Under the pieces are notes generated by a model. The model was not told the DNA's origin, ran no database searches, and was given only the letters and a program-made list of their open reading frames with translations. Both the position numbers and the translations under genes were made by a program. DNA of 64,000 nt from a virus, in the IMG/VR virus record IMGVR_UViG_3300025093_000020, one strand, 5' to 3'. Positions 34,227 to 44,450 of this stretch are shown in pieces. Every line of letters starts with the position of its first letter. Position 1 is the first letter of the stretch.

Positions 34227-36695
34227 ATGCCTGTAACAACAAATGATCTGAGATCTTTGACTGCAACTCGTTATGTCGACAATACAGCGCAAGAAATTGA
34301 CGCTGCGGATCTCCGCGCCGGAATGACTCTGATGGCGGATGTTATTGACGATAGCGTAAATGCAATCGCAATTGCGGCATCATTTGGTTTTCCGCTTTAC
34401 GAAACGGTTGAAGCGGCGATTGCAGTTGTCAAACCAGGTAAAGGTTTTTCGATTGTCGAAGAAGATGGCGTTGCGATCTACAAGAACAGTGAGGGTGCGG
34501 CCGAAAAGCTGCAAACCTTACTAGCCACGTCTGCCGTGAGTACTTTGACATCAGACGTAGAAAATATAAAGAGCAACTTTCGATATACTAAGGCAAACCT
34601 CACGGCTCTACTCGAAGACACTTCAATCACATATTCTACAATTGGAGTTGGTGATTTAGTTCAGGCGGGGACGCTTGTTTACCGGGTACTGGCGGCGGAC
34701 GCAGACCTGTATGATCTGGAGAACGAGGGCGGCGTCAGATTCGCGGTAGCTGACGATACCATCTCAGCTACCGCTCTTGGTGCGCCTGATAGCCCAGATC
34801 CAGTCGGGCGCACGCCTTTCAGCGGCGCATTGGTTCAGTCCGCGCAGCAACGCAGGCTGAACGGCGTGACTCTTCGTGGGCTTCTCGGCGAGAGATACAA
34901 TGGCAATCCTGCACGGGGTACAGCCTACGATGGCTCTGTGGCCATCAATGGATTTTTGCCCGAGCTTGTCGCTGATGGTATTGGCGTCCGGGATGACGAC
35001 CACCTCGTCGTTTCATGCGAGACAGCGATCATCGCGCCTGCCGGTCTGAAAATGGCCCTTTCGGCAGGCACTCGCATGGTGAAGCGATCCGAAGGCGGAC
35101 GCTTGTTGCAGCGGGACAAATCGCGGGATTTCCGCGATACCGGCGCCACCCTGAACGGTGTGGCTAACGGCTCCTTGGTCGTCACGTCAGCGGCTTTGGC
35201 TGGCGCGGCATCTCCGCCGGTTATCGGTGACAAGTTGCTGATCCGGCGTTGCTCCGATGGAAAGTATTATCTGCAAGGATTGATCGCACCGATTGCATCT
35301 GTCAGTGGGAATAATTTCACTTTGGATTACCGTCTGAATGAGACGATTTCTGGCGTGACATGCCATGCGACCCTGTTCGCATGGGCCGATGATCTGGATA
35401 TATCTGGGGGCATCTGGGGCGCATTTGATGATGCTACCAAGCATGGGCATGCCGTGGAGCTTTTTGGCTCGCACATGAGCCTGAGCCGTATGCAGGTAAT
35501 TGGTCACTATTCTGGGGGAGGCGCCGGTGGATTGGCAATGCTGCTTGCCGGTGACAACAGCATGTTACACGCAATCCGGACAAGAACCCCGGCTAATGCG
35601 GCAGGTACAGGGGCAATCCGGGTAGTCGGAGGTAGAGGATGGCGAAATAGTCACCTAAACGTCGCTTGCGGCGATGACGGGATCCAGTTTGTCCAAAACT
35701 CCAATCCGACGCACATCGAATATGATTGGGATATCCTCGACAGCATCTACAGTGACAGCGTTGCGCATTCGGCATTCGCCCGCGCCGCAATTATTGCACT
35801 TGGTGGTCCGCAGGACAGGTATGACATGATGGGGCGCATGCACGGCGTGACGATGCGCGGCATCTCCGGATCCGGTACCAACCGCAGCATCGCGGTCGAG
35901 AATTCGGAAGGCATCGGTTATTCTGGTCAGGTGGACAATGTACTGTTGGACGACATCAACATCGATGCGCGAAATGAGCCTGACGAATTGACCGCACAGA
36001 GCATCAGCGTCTACTCCCGAATTGATGGCGGCATTGGCCGCGTCGGAATGCGCAAAGTGGTCACGAAAGGGACGAGGCGAGAGCATGGCCTGACTATTCA
36101 GGCGCCGGGGGCCTACATAAAACTGGAAGACTGCGTGATGGAGGGTCAGGGGGCAGGCTTGGAGATCACCAGTGCCCGCCGCGTCGATATTGTCGGCGGG
36201 GCATACGGAACCGTGGATCGGGGCGGGTCAAAATCTGCAAACCACGTCATTGATGCAACCGCGGCGTCTAATGACGTGGAGATCAATATCTCGGGCACAC
36301 CGATGCTCTACGGAGTGGCGACGGGTAAAGCCGGAGTACGCCTTTCTTCCGCAAGCGCGGTTTTGCGGAGTGGTGATATCCGGGTTGAGCGGCGTGCTGA
36401 AGCCACGGGCGTAATCGGCGTGTCGACCAATCCCGGTTGTAAGGCTGATCTTGGGATGATTTTGGGCGATTTCGACACCGCGACTTCTGGCGGAGGGTTC
36501 GTCGCGGGTCGGGGTGTTGGCAGCACCAGTGCTGCGAATTTCGCCATCGCCACGCATGCGGTGAATACCTTCGACAAATACGTCAACAAGATCGCGATCA
36601 ACACCACAGACGGAAAGGCTTACCGCGCAACCGGCCCATTGCCCACCGATCCGTGGACCGCTTTGGACGGCAGCGGGTCTATCACGCCGATTTAA
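34227..36695 (+). CDS. Large beta-helix (pectin-lyase-fold-like) fibre or spike protein (822 aa)
   Basis: Gly/Asn/Asp-rich turn repeats such as GDDGIQFVQNS, RGISGSGTNRSIAVENSEG and VLLDDINID are typical of right-handed beta-helix depolymerases. RBS GAGGTGGGA. Confidence 0.55.
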   Translation: MPVTTNDLRSLTATRYVDNTAQEIDAADLRAGMTLMADVIDDSVNAIAIAASFGFPLYETVEAAIAVVKPGKGFSIVEEDGVAIYKNSEGAAEKLQTLLATSAVSTLTSDVENIKSNFRYTKANLTALLEDTSITYSTIGVGDLVQAGTLVYRVLAADADLYDLENEGGVRFAVADDTISATALGAPDSPDPVGRTPFSGALVQSAQQRRLNGVTLRGLLGERYNGNPARGTAYDGSVAINGFLPELVADGIGVRDDDHLVVSCETAIIAPAGLKMALSAGTRMVKRSEGGRLLQRDKSRDFRDTGATLNGVANGSLVVTSAALAGAASPPVIGDKLLIRRCSDGKYYLQGLIAPIASVSGNNFTLDYRLNETISGVTCHATLFAWADDLDISGGIWGAFDDATKHGHAVELFGSHMSLSRMQVIGHYSGGGAGGLAMLLAGDNSMLHAIRTRTPANAAGTGAIRVVGGRGWRNSHLNVACGDDGIQFVQNSNPTHIEYDWDILDSIYSDSVAHSAFARAAIIALGGPQDRYDMMGRMHGVTMRGISGSGTNRSIAVENSEGIGYSGQVDNVLLDDINIDARNEPDELTAQSISVYSRIDGGIGRVGMRKVVTKGTRREHGLTIQAPGAYIKLEDCVMEGQGAGLEITSARRVDIVGGAYGTVDRGGSKSANHVIDATAASNDVEINISGTPMLYGVATGKAGVRLSSASAVLRSGDIRVERRAEATGVIGVSTNPGCKADLGMILGDFDTATSGGGFVAGRGVGSTSAANFAIATHAVNTFDKYVNKIAINTTDGKAYRATGPLPTDPWTALDGSGSITPI

Positions 36696-36719
36696 CAACC
36701 CTCTTCCCTGCAACCAAAG

Positions 36720-36738
36720 TTTCACGTTATAAGTGAGA
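36720..36738. promoter_or_regulatory. Operator-like dyad TTTCAC-N7-GTGAGA
   Basis: Core TCACGT-TAT-AAGTGA, 23 nt upstream of the major tail gene ATG. Confidence 0.45.
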
Positions 36739-36760
36739 CACCCTTCTAAGGAGCATCCTT

Positions 36761-37570
36761 ATGGCCCTCGACCTTCAATCCCGCAACCTGACCATCAGCC
36801 GCGGCGTTGCCTTCTTCGCCCCCTACCTGACGGGCACCCAGACTCCCGGCCCCTACCGCGATCTCGGTAACTGCCCCGAGTTTACCATGAGCCGCGCCGT
36901 CACGAACCTGGAACACCGCAGTTCCCGCGGCGGCATGACCCATCGCGATGCGATGGAAACGCTGAACTCGGACATCAACGTCACGGTTACCATGGAAGAC
37001 CTGAACGCGAAAAACATGGCGTTCTGGTTTCTGGACGAACCGCAGACCACGACGATTGCTTCAGCGACCGATGCCACCGAAACCCTGTCGAACGTGCAGC
37101 CCGGTGGCATCTACCAGATCGGCCGCAGCAACTCGGCCCCGATGGGGCTGCGCGGCATCTCCAGCCTCCAGGTGGTTCGCGGCTCTGACACACTGACCGC
37201 TGACACCGACTACATTCTCGACGGCGACACTGGGCTTCTGACGATCACGGAAGGCGGTGACGTGGCACTGGATGACGATCTGGCGCTGACCTATGACGTG
37301 GCAGCCTCCAGCTTCAGCCTGATGACGGCCGCCAACACCATGGTCGAGGGGGAGATGAAGTTCGTCAGCCAGAACCCCTTCGGCCCGAACCGGATCATCA
37401 TGGTGCCGCGGGTGAAGATCTCGCCGGTCGGCGATCTGGCGCTGCTGAGCGAATCCGAGTCGCCCACCTGGTCCAGTTTGCAGATCAACATGATGGTGCT
37501 GAAGAAGGGAAACATGGCGCTGGCCTACAACGCAGACGGGCTCCCGGCTCTCGGCACGGCATCGGTGTAA
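36761..37570 (+). CDS. Major tail (tube) protein candidate (269 aa)
   Basis: Strong RBS AAGGAG. It lies immediately upstream of the chaperone pair and tape measure. Confidence 0.6.
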   Translation: MALDLQSRNLTISRGVAFFAPYLTGTQTPGPYRDLGNCPEFTMSRAVTNLEHRSSRGGMTHRDAMETLNSDINVTVTMEDLNAKNMAFWFLDEPQTTTIASATDATETLSNVQPGGIYQIGRSNSAPMGLRGISSLQVVRGSDTLTADTDYILDGDTGLLTITEGGDVALDDDLALTYDVAASSFSLMTAANTMVEGEMKFVSQNPFGPNRIIMVPRVKISPVGDLALLSESESPTWSSLQINMMVLKKGNMALAYNADGLPALGTASV

Positions 37571-37576
37571 CGTATC

Positions 37577-38005
37577 ATGGGAGACACGTTCAACCATTTG
37601 TCCGAGCTGGTGATCGAGACGGAAACGCTCGAATACAACGGCATGGTCTTTCAAGTGCGGGGTCTCTCGATCCCGCACTTGTCCGCGATCATTCGCGCGC
37701 ACAAGAGCGCATTGGAAGAGCTGTATTTCCGCGCTGCCGCAGGCGTTCTGCCGGCAGATGTCGAGCAGTTGGTCATCGCCGCCGCCCAGAAGGGCGACAC
37801 GCTCGTAGCCATGGTCATCGCCTGCGGCATGGGGGATCCCGATGCGATCGAGAAGGCGGGCAGCCTGCCGTTGGGAAAGCAGGTAGAGGCCCTGGACAAG
37901 ATCATCCGCCTGACCATCGCAACGGAGGGCGGCCTGGGAAAGCTCGTAGGGATCGTCAGCGGCGCGCTGGGGGCGATGCAAAAACTCGCACCCCCGCAGA
38001 CCTGA
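37577..38005 (+). CDS. Tail assembly chaperone (gpG-like, 142 aa)
   Basis: Position between the tube gene and the tape measure. Confidence 0.6.
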   Translation: MGDTFNHLSELVIETETLEYNGMVFQVRGLSIPHLSAIIRAHKSALEELYFRAAAGVLPADVEQLVIAAAQKGDTLVAMVIACGMGDPDAIEKAGSLPLGKQVEALDKIIRLTIATEGGLGKLVGIVSGALGAMQKLAPPQT

Positions 38006-38034
38006 ACGAGTGGTTTGCCGGGCTGCGTCGGCAA

Positions 38035-38268
38035 TTGAGCCTGCTTCTGGATCACGGTCACCCGGACGCATGGCGATACCCACTCTGGTTGGTGATGGAA
38101 GAGGCTGAAATCGTGGACAGGCGGATCAACATCCAAACCGCAAACCACTTTTCTCTCCTTCAAAAGACTTTGCTGTCGATCCCGAATGAAAACGTGAAGG
38201 CGAGATTCACGGAAACCGTCGCCGAAGAACTGGGTGGCACTTTGAAGGATATGATCGATGGCAGCTAA
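38035..38268 (+). CDS. Tail assembly chaperone extension (gpT-like), probably expressed by a -1 frameshift
   Basis: It lies in the -1 frame relative to 37577..38005. That frame is open back to at least 37921. There is no ATG or RBS of its own (TTG in the track). The A-run CAAAAAC at 37979-37985 lies near the end of the upstream ORF. Confidence 0.45.
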   Translation: MSLLLDHGHPDAWRYPLWLVMEEAEIVDRRINIQTANHFSLLQKTLLSIPNENVKARFTETVAEELGGTLKDMIDGS

Positions 38269-41200
38269 TGAGCGGGTAAGCTCTTTGGTCATCAAGGCGC
38301 GGGACGAATACTCCCGCGCCTTGGCGAATCTGGAAAAGCGTCAAGGAAGCCTCGCCGCCGCACAGAAGCGCGCCTCCGACATCAGCGCCGCAAAGAAAGC
38401 GCTTCAGGAGCATCGAGACGCCTATCTTGATCTCGAACGGCAACTGAAAAATACCTCCGCCGTGCTGACGGAATTGCATGCGAAGAAGCAGCGCAATACA
38501 GAGGATTTTTCGAACTACAGCCTTGCTGCCGTCAACCTCGCCGCGCGCCTGAAAGCGCTGCGCAACGACACAGCGTCCTATCAGGCGGCATTGGATCGCG
38601 TCAAAGCGCAGCATCAGAGCGGCTTCAAGGCATTCTCCCAGCGGATCGAGGCCACACGCCGGCAGGAGGAAGCTGCGAAAGCCGCGACCGCCGCTGAGCA
38701 GAAGCTCGCGGAGATGACCGCGCGTCGGCAGGCCGTTGAGTCTCAACGTGCAGTCCGGCAGGCTGGAAACGCCAGTGCCTACACCACATGGTCGCAGGGT
38801 GTCGATCAGTCCGCTGCGACACGGGCGGCCGAGATCCAAGCGCGGCAGACCGCGGTGCTGGAGCAACGTCAGGCTCGCCTCAACGGGACCATGCAGAGCG
38901 GCTTCGCAACCTGGTCCAAGGCGATCGATCGGGAACAGAGACTTGCTGCCGTCCGCGAACGTCTCGCCAACCAGACCAAATCCGGCTTCGCGCAGTGGTC
39001 GCGATATGTCGATGCCGTGGATCGGGTCAGGACGACAGAAGAGAAAGCCGCCAGCATCGCGGCGCGCAAGGCGGCAATCCAGGACCGGCTGAACTATTCC
39101 GTTCGCTCTGGGTTCGCTGCGTGGTCCAAGGCCGTCCGTGGAGTCGACGGTTACTCCAACGCCATCAACCGCAACGTCACGCAGCTCAAGCTTCTGGAGA
39201 CACAAGCCCGCCGCACCCAAGGTGCCATTGGTCCGCTGCAGGCCGAGATCGACAGCATCGCGTCTCCGCTTCGACCGAAGCCCTCGGCACCCAGTGGGTC
39301 TGACGGTACGGGGCAGAACGGCGCGAAAGGCAACGCGCAGGATGTGGAGATCTGGGGGCTGCGCCCATGGCAGCTCACGAACCTCGGTTATCAGATCAAT
39401 GACGTGGTTTCCGGCCTCGCGATGGGGCAGGCGCCGGTTCAGATCCTTGCGCAGCAGGCCGGACAATTCGTCCAAATTTGGCCGCAGGTCATGGTCGCAC
39501 TGGCGAGATCAATACCGATCATCGCGGGCGTCACTGCTGCACTGACGCCGTTCTTTGTGGCGCTCTCTCGCGCGCGCAAGGAAGCCGAAACGCTCAAGGT
39601 GATGGAAGAGAACCTTGCCTTGCTCGCAGACGGCGCCAACTACAGCGCGGACGCGCTCGCTCAGGCTGCACGTGGTTTCGAAAGACTGGGCGTGCCGATC
39701 GCTGACGCCCGGAAGGCCATTGTCGAACTGACGAAGCTTGGCGTCGACCAGAGCGACATTTTCCCGATCGGGCAAATGGCAGATCGCCTGTCCGAGATCA
39801 CGGGTGAGGATTTCGCGGATGAGGTGACGCGGATCGCGGAGGCCTTCAAGGGCGGCGCCGAAAGCGTGCGCGAACTGGACCGCGATCTGAAATTCCTGAC
39901 CGCAGAACAACTGCGCAACATCTACGCCCTTGATCGGGCCGGTGATCGCACGCAGGCTCTGGCACTTGCCCAAGATGCCCTGAAAACGCGCCTGGACGCC
40001 AGCCGCCGATCAATGACGCCATGGCAGAGCGCTGTGAAGGAAATGTCGTCGTCTTGGAACGACTTCATTACCGCTATCCAGAAATCTGGCATTGTCGAAC
40101 TGGCGGCCAAGGGTGTCGATGTTCTGGCGCTTTCGGTGAAAGGCGCTGCTGCTGTTTTGGAGGGTGCTGTTGCCGTCATTACGCCGCCGGATCTGGCGCA
40201 GCAGTACGGTAAGCTCAACAAGGAGCGGCAGGGAATCCTTGACGCGATCAAGGAAGCCGAAAACGAAGGCGGCTTGTTCAACGACCTTGGGTTTTCAGAC
40301 GGCAATTCTGCCTATATGCAGGGATTGCTTGAAGACCTGCAAGATGTCGAAGCCAGAATTGACGAAATTGGCGCGGCTATCCAAAGCAATGCCAAGAAGC
40401 AATCCTCCGCAAATGCCGAATCCGCGGCTGCTGTAAAACTGGCCGAAGAGGAATTGAAGCAGCGGGAAGACGCGCTGCGAGCGGTCGAAAGCTATCTGAA
40501 AGACGTGGAGAAAGAGGGCCGCCAAGGCTCCATGTCTGATCGCGAAATCTTCGTGGATAACGCGCTGATTGAAGCTCAGCGCGAAATCAACAAAGGGAAA
40601 AAGGACGAGGTTGCGCTTGAGTCTTCTCTGGTCGACCTCATCAAACAACGGGCAAACGCTGCTTACGACTTCATCGAGCAGGGCAAACGCGACGAAGCCG
40701 CGAAAGAACTGACCAAGGATTTCAATGCTCAAGTCGAGGCGCTGCGGGTTCAAGCGGACCTGGTGATGAAATCCAAGCGCGAACAATTCATTCTCAGCGA
40801 GATTGAGAAGGCCAAAGCTGAATGGAAAGAAAAAGACCTCCTTCTTGATAAGAAAAAACTGGCGGTTCTGCGCGAGCAGGCCGGGATCACCTTTGATGCT
40901 GAGAACAGCAAAGAGGTCACCGATCAGTTTAAGGCGCAAATCAAAGCTCTTCGGGCGCAAGCGGCTCTCGTCACCAAGTCCAAGCGTGAGCAATTCATTC
41001 TCGTTGAAGTCGAAAGGCTCAAAACGAGCTTGGCGGAGCGTGGTCTGGCCACAGACCGAAAGAAGCTGCAGCTTCTGCGCGAGCAGGCGGGACGGACTTT
41101 CGACGCGCAGGTTTCCACCGATCTGAACCGGGACTTCGATGCCCAGATTGACGCTCTGCGGTTGCAGGCAATTCTTGTCACGGAAACCAAGCGCGAACAG

Positions 41201-43150
41201 TTCATCCTTGCCGAACTGGAAAAGACCAAAACCGCGTGGGCTGAACAAGGGCTGGAAATTGATAAGGAAAAACTGCGCATCCTCCGGGAGCAAGCGGGCA
41301 ACACCTTCGACACGCAAGCCTCTGCCGAACTGACCAAGGCGTTTGACGATCAGGTCAAGGCCCTGCAGTTGCAGGCCTCTCTGGTGACAGAGACCAAGCG
41401 CGAGCAGTTCATCCTCGCCGAGATCGAGAAGACCAAGGCAAACTGGGCCGAAAAGGGCTTGGAGATTGACAAGGAGAAACTGAAGATCCTGCGCGAGCAA
41501 GCTGGGATCACCTTCGATGCGCAGACCTCGGCTTTCACCACGGGCTCATATGGCTCGGTGGTAGACCGCATTGTTGGCGTGGAATCCGCTGGAAAGGCCG
41601 ACGCGAAGAACCCGGACTCGTCTGCCACCGGCCTTGGTCAGTTCATCAAGTCGACGTGGCTGGACATGTTCCGAAAATACTTCCCGGATCGAGCTGCGTC
41701 GATGACGGAAGAAGCCATTCTTGCGCTGCGCTTGAATGCGTCTGAATCGCGCCGCATGGTCGAGCTTTACGCGCGCGAGAACGCGGCCGTGCTCCAGCAG
41801 GCCGGCATCGCTGTCTCGGATGCTGCCATTTACCTGGCCCACTTCCTCGGCCCGGGTGGCGCCCAAGCTGTGCTCCAAGCTGCCCCTGACACCCCGGTTT
41901 CTGAACTGCTCGGTGCCGATCAGATCGCCTCCAATCGCAGCATCCTCGAAGGCAAAACCGCCGGGCAGGTCACCGGCTGGGCGGAGAACAAGATGGGCGT
42001 CAGCGACGGGGAAGTCGCGCTGAACGTCCAACTGGCCGAGATCGAAGCCGACCGCCTGAAGACCCAGAGGGACTACCTAGTCGAGTATCAGAAGCGTATT
42101 GCCGATCAGCAGTTCGAACTGGATCTGATGCGCGAAGGAGCGCGCGAGGCCGCTATTGCCGAGGCGCTGCGTGCTGAGGAACTTGCTGCCAAGGAAGCGG
42201 GGCTCACGCTGACCGAAGCCCAGGTGGCCGAGATCAAGAAGCTGACCGGCGCCACCTTTGACCGGCAGAACGCCGAACTGCGTGTCAATCAGCTTCTGGA
42301 AGAACAGGCGGAGCTGGCCAAGGCCTTGGAGACCGCACAGCACGATGGCGATCTGACCATGGTCGACATCTTGCGGGAAGACATCAGCCTCCTGGAAGAA
42401 GAACTGCAGAAAGCCATTGATGCGGCGATTGCCTTCTACGAGGCCATGGGCGGCGAGGGTGCCGACATCGCGATCATGAAGCTGCAGAACATGCGCGATG
42501 AAGTGGGGCGGGCATCCAGTGACCTGAAGACCAAGTTCCTCCCGAGCGCGGAAGACTTGAACGAGACCATTGCTGAGACCGGGGCCAACGCATTTGACGA
42601 CTGGGCTCAGGGGATCGCCGAAGGGCAAGGCGTCTTCGAGTCGTTCGTCAACGCGGTCAAGAAGGGCTTGGGTGAGATCCTTGTCGAACTCGGCAAGGCA
42701 ATCATCAAGCAGGCCATCTTCAACGCTCTGACGGGCGGCAAAGGCGGCACTGCAGGTGGCCTCGGGGGGATGATCTCGGGTGCCATCGGCGGCCTGTTCA
42801 AGACGGCGCACACCGGCGGCACCGTGGGTTCCCTGAGCAGCAGCAAGATGGTGAATCCGGCCGTGTTCGCCGGCGCAGCGCGTTACCACGGTGGCGGCAT
42901 CGTTGGCGAGCGCCTGAAGCCCAACGAAGAGCCGATCATCGCCCTGAAAGGTGAAGAGGTGCTGACTGAGGACGATCCGAACCACTCGAAGAACCGAGGC
43001 GGTCGTCCGAAGATCGATCTTTCCGTCAACAACTTCTTCGACCCGGCCGACATGATGGAAAAGGGCTTGAGCACCGCGCAGGGGCAGCAGGCGTTCATGA
43101 ACTTCGTCAACGAGAACCCCCGCAAAATCAAAACGGCACTGGGGGTCTGA
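38258..43150 (+). CDS. Tape measure protein with an SLT-type lytic transglycosylase domain (1630 aa)
   Basis: Size, coiled-coil character, and periodic SGF(A/K)xWS repeats. The block GVESAGKADAKNPDSSATGLGQFIKSTW is typical of soluble lytic transglycosylase domains. Confidence 0.85.
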   Translation: MAANERVSSLVIKARDEYSRALANLEKRQGSLAAAQKRASDISAAKKALQEHRDAYLDLERQLKNTSAVLTELHAKKQRNTEDFSNYSLAAVNLAARLKALRNDTASYQAALDRVKAQHQSGFKAFSQRIEATRRQEEAAKAATAAEQKLAEMTARRQAVESQRAVRQAGNASAYTTWSQGVDQSAATRAAEIQARQTAVLEQRQARLNGTMQSGFATWSKAIDREQRLAAVRERLANQTKSGFAQWSRYVDAVDRVRTTEEKAASIAARKAAIQDRLNYSVRSGFAAWSKAVRGVDGYSNAINRNVTQLKLLETQARRTQGAIGPLQAEIDSIASPLRPKPSAPSGSDGTGQNGAKGNAQDVEIWGLRPWQLTNLGYQINDVVSGLAMGQAPVQILAQQAGQFVQIWPQVMVALARSIPIIAGVTAALTPFFVALSRARKEAETLKVMEENLALLADGANYSADALAQAARGFERLGVPIADARKAIVELTKLGVDQSDIFPIGQMADRLSEITGEDFADEVTRIAEAFKGGAESVRELDRDLKFLTAEQLRNIYALDRAGDRTQALALAQDALKTRLDASRRSMTPWQSAVKEMSSSWNDFITAIQKSGIVELAAKGVDVLALSVKGAAAVLEGAVAVITPPDLAQQYGKLNKERQGILDAIKEAENEGGLFNDLGFSDGNSAYMQGLLEDLQDVEARIDEIGAAIQSNAKKQSSANAESAAAVKLAEEELKQREDALRAVESYLKDVEKEGRQGSMSDREIFVDNALIEAQREINKGKKDEVALESSLVDLIKQRANAAYDFIEQGKRDEAAKELTKDFNAQVEALRVQADLVMKSKREQFILSEIEKAKAEWKEKDLLLDKKKLAVLREQAGITFDAENSKEVTDQFKAQIKALRAQAALVTKSKREQFILVEVERLKTSLAERGLATDRKKLQLLREQAGRTFDAQVSTDLNRDFDAQIDALRLQAILVTETKREQFILAELEKTKTAWAEQGLEIDKEKLRILREQAGNTFDTQASAELTKAFDDQVKALQLQASLVTETKREQFILAEIEKTKANWAEKGLEIDKEKLKILREQAGITFDAQTSAFTTGSYGSVVDRIVGVESAGKADAKNPDSSATGLGQFIKSTWLDMFRKYFPDRAASMTEEAILALRLNASESRRMVELYARENAAVLQQAGIAVSDAAIYLAHFLGPGGAQAVLQAAPDTPVSELLGADQIASNRSILEGKTAGQVTGWAENKMGVSDGEVALNVQLAEIEADRLKTQRDYLVEYQKRIADQQFELDLMREGAREAAIAEALRAEELAAKEAGLTLTEAQVAEIKKLTGATFDRQNAELRVNQLLEEQAELAKALETAQHDGDLTMVDILREDISLLEEELQKAIDAAIAFYEAMGGEGADIAIMKLQNMRDEVGRASSDLKTKFLPSAEDLNETIAETGANAFDDWAQGIAEGQGVFESFVNAVKKGLGEILVELGKAIIKQAIFNALTGGKGGTAGGLGGMISGAIGGLFKTAHTGGTVGSLSSSKMVNPAVFAGAARYHGGGIVGERLKPNEEPIIALKGEEVLTEDDPNHSKNRGGRPKIDLSVNNFFDPADMMEKGLSTAQGQQAFMNFVNENPRKIKTALGV
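40703..41530 (+). repeat. Four tandem 207-bp (69-aa) repeats inside the tape measure gene
   Basis: Units start at 40703, 40910, 41117 and 41324. The consensus is ...F.AQ(I/V)(K/D)AL(R/Q)(A/L)QA.LVT(K/E)(S/T)KREQFIL.E(I/V)E(K/R).K..W.E.GL..D(K/R)(E/K)KL..LREQAG.TFD.... Confidence 0.9.
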
Positions 43151-43151
43151 G

Positions 43152-44450
43152 ATGCAAGCTCACCTGGTGCCCAACTGGACCACCTCAGTCCGCGAGACCT
43201 ATGAGTTCAGGACGATCATCTTCACCTCGGAAAACGGGAAGGAACAGCGCTCGGCCGATCGCATGACACCGCGACGGCAGATCTCGTTCAGTCCCCAGCT
43301 CTATGGTCCCGCACTGCGCCAGTTCAAGAACCTGATGCACGATCGAGGTGCGGCAGAGATCACCATCGCCGATCCCGCACGCTATGGCATCAGCTTGCTG
43401 GAGGACGCCGAAGCGGGGGCAGAAGAGATCACCGTGGCGCCAGTGCCGCCATGGATCGAGGACGGCATTCAGATCGCCTTGTCGACCTTCTTCACGGCCG
43501 AGCAAATTGGCCTTGAGGCCGTGGCCGCGGTCAGCAGCTTCAGTTCTGCCTATTCGAGCGATTTTGGTGGCGGTCGCGCGGTCATCACTCTGGCCACGCC
43601 TCTGCAAAGCACATGGCCTGCAGGAACCGAAGTGCGGCCAGTGGTGCGCGGCCGGCTGCCGCAGTCGGTCGACGCCACCTTCCTCACCGACCAGCACGCA
43701 GAGGTTTCGGTGACGTTCGCGGTTGACCCGCCCTCCAATGTGCCGCTGCTCGCCGCTGGCTTGGAGTATTCGCTTTTTCAGGGACGCCCGGTGCTGCTGG
43801 CAAAACCCAACTGGGTGAATGCAGCGTCAATTCAATTCGACACTGCCTATGAGCAGGTTGACTATCAACGCGGCATCATCGCGAACTATCTTCCGATTGA
43901 GTATGCTGCGCGAATTTCCCAGTTCAATTACATGGACGTGGCTTCGGCAGATATTGCCAGTCTCCTTGCTTTGTTTGTCGACATGAAAGGGCGACGTGGT
44001 GAATTCTGGTCACCATCCTGGATAACAGATTTCATTCCAGCGTCTCAGGTGACGAGCGGAGCAACGACATTCGTCGTGCGCGGCATAGACACCTATCACT
44101 CATACGCAGATTCCACAGTCAACAACGCCATTGCAATCATGAAAGGCGACGGCTCGTGGATCTTCGCTGAGGTTGAGGAAATGAGCCTTGTTTCATCCGC
44201 ATCAGGTGGCGCGTTTTCTTCCGGGTATTCTGATGGCTTCGACGCCCCTTTGGCAGATCAGTTCACGCAGATAACCGTCTCATCGCCGTTCGAAGAAACC
44301 GTCGCCAGAAAAGACATTGCGATGGTTTGCTGGCTCAACCTCTGCCGATTTGCCAGTGACACGCTTACGCTTGATTGGCGCAGCGACAACCTAGCGCAAT
44401 GCCTAGCAAACATAATGACACTTGAAACGAACGCCGTGGAGGAAATGTAA
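43152..44450 (+). CDS. distal tail / baseplate protein (432 aa)
   Basis: Position directly after the tape measure. No domain recognised with confidence. Confidence 0.5.
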   Translation: MQAHLVPNWTTSVRETYEFRTIIFTSENGKEQRSADRMTPRRQISFSPQLYGPALRQFKNLMHDRGAAEITIADPARYGISLLEDAEAGAEEITVAPVPPWIEDGIQIALSTFFTAEQIGLEAVAAVSSFSSAYSSDFGGGRAVITLATPLQSTWPAGTEVRPVVRGRLPQSVDATFLTDQHAEVSVTFAVDPPSNVPLLAAGLEYSLFQGRPVLLAKPNWVNAASIQFDTAYEQVDYQRGIIANYLPIEYAARISQFNYMDVASADIASLLALFVDMKGRRGEFWSPSWITDFIPASQVTSGATTFVVRGIDTYHSYADSTVNNAIAIMKGDGSWIFAEVEEMSLVSSASGGAFSSGYSDGFDAPLADQFTQITVSSPFEETVARKDIAMVCWLNLCRFASDTLTLDWRSDNLAQCLANIMTLETNAVEEM

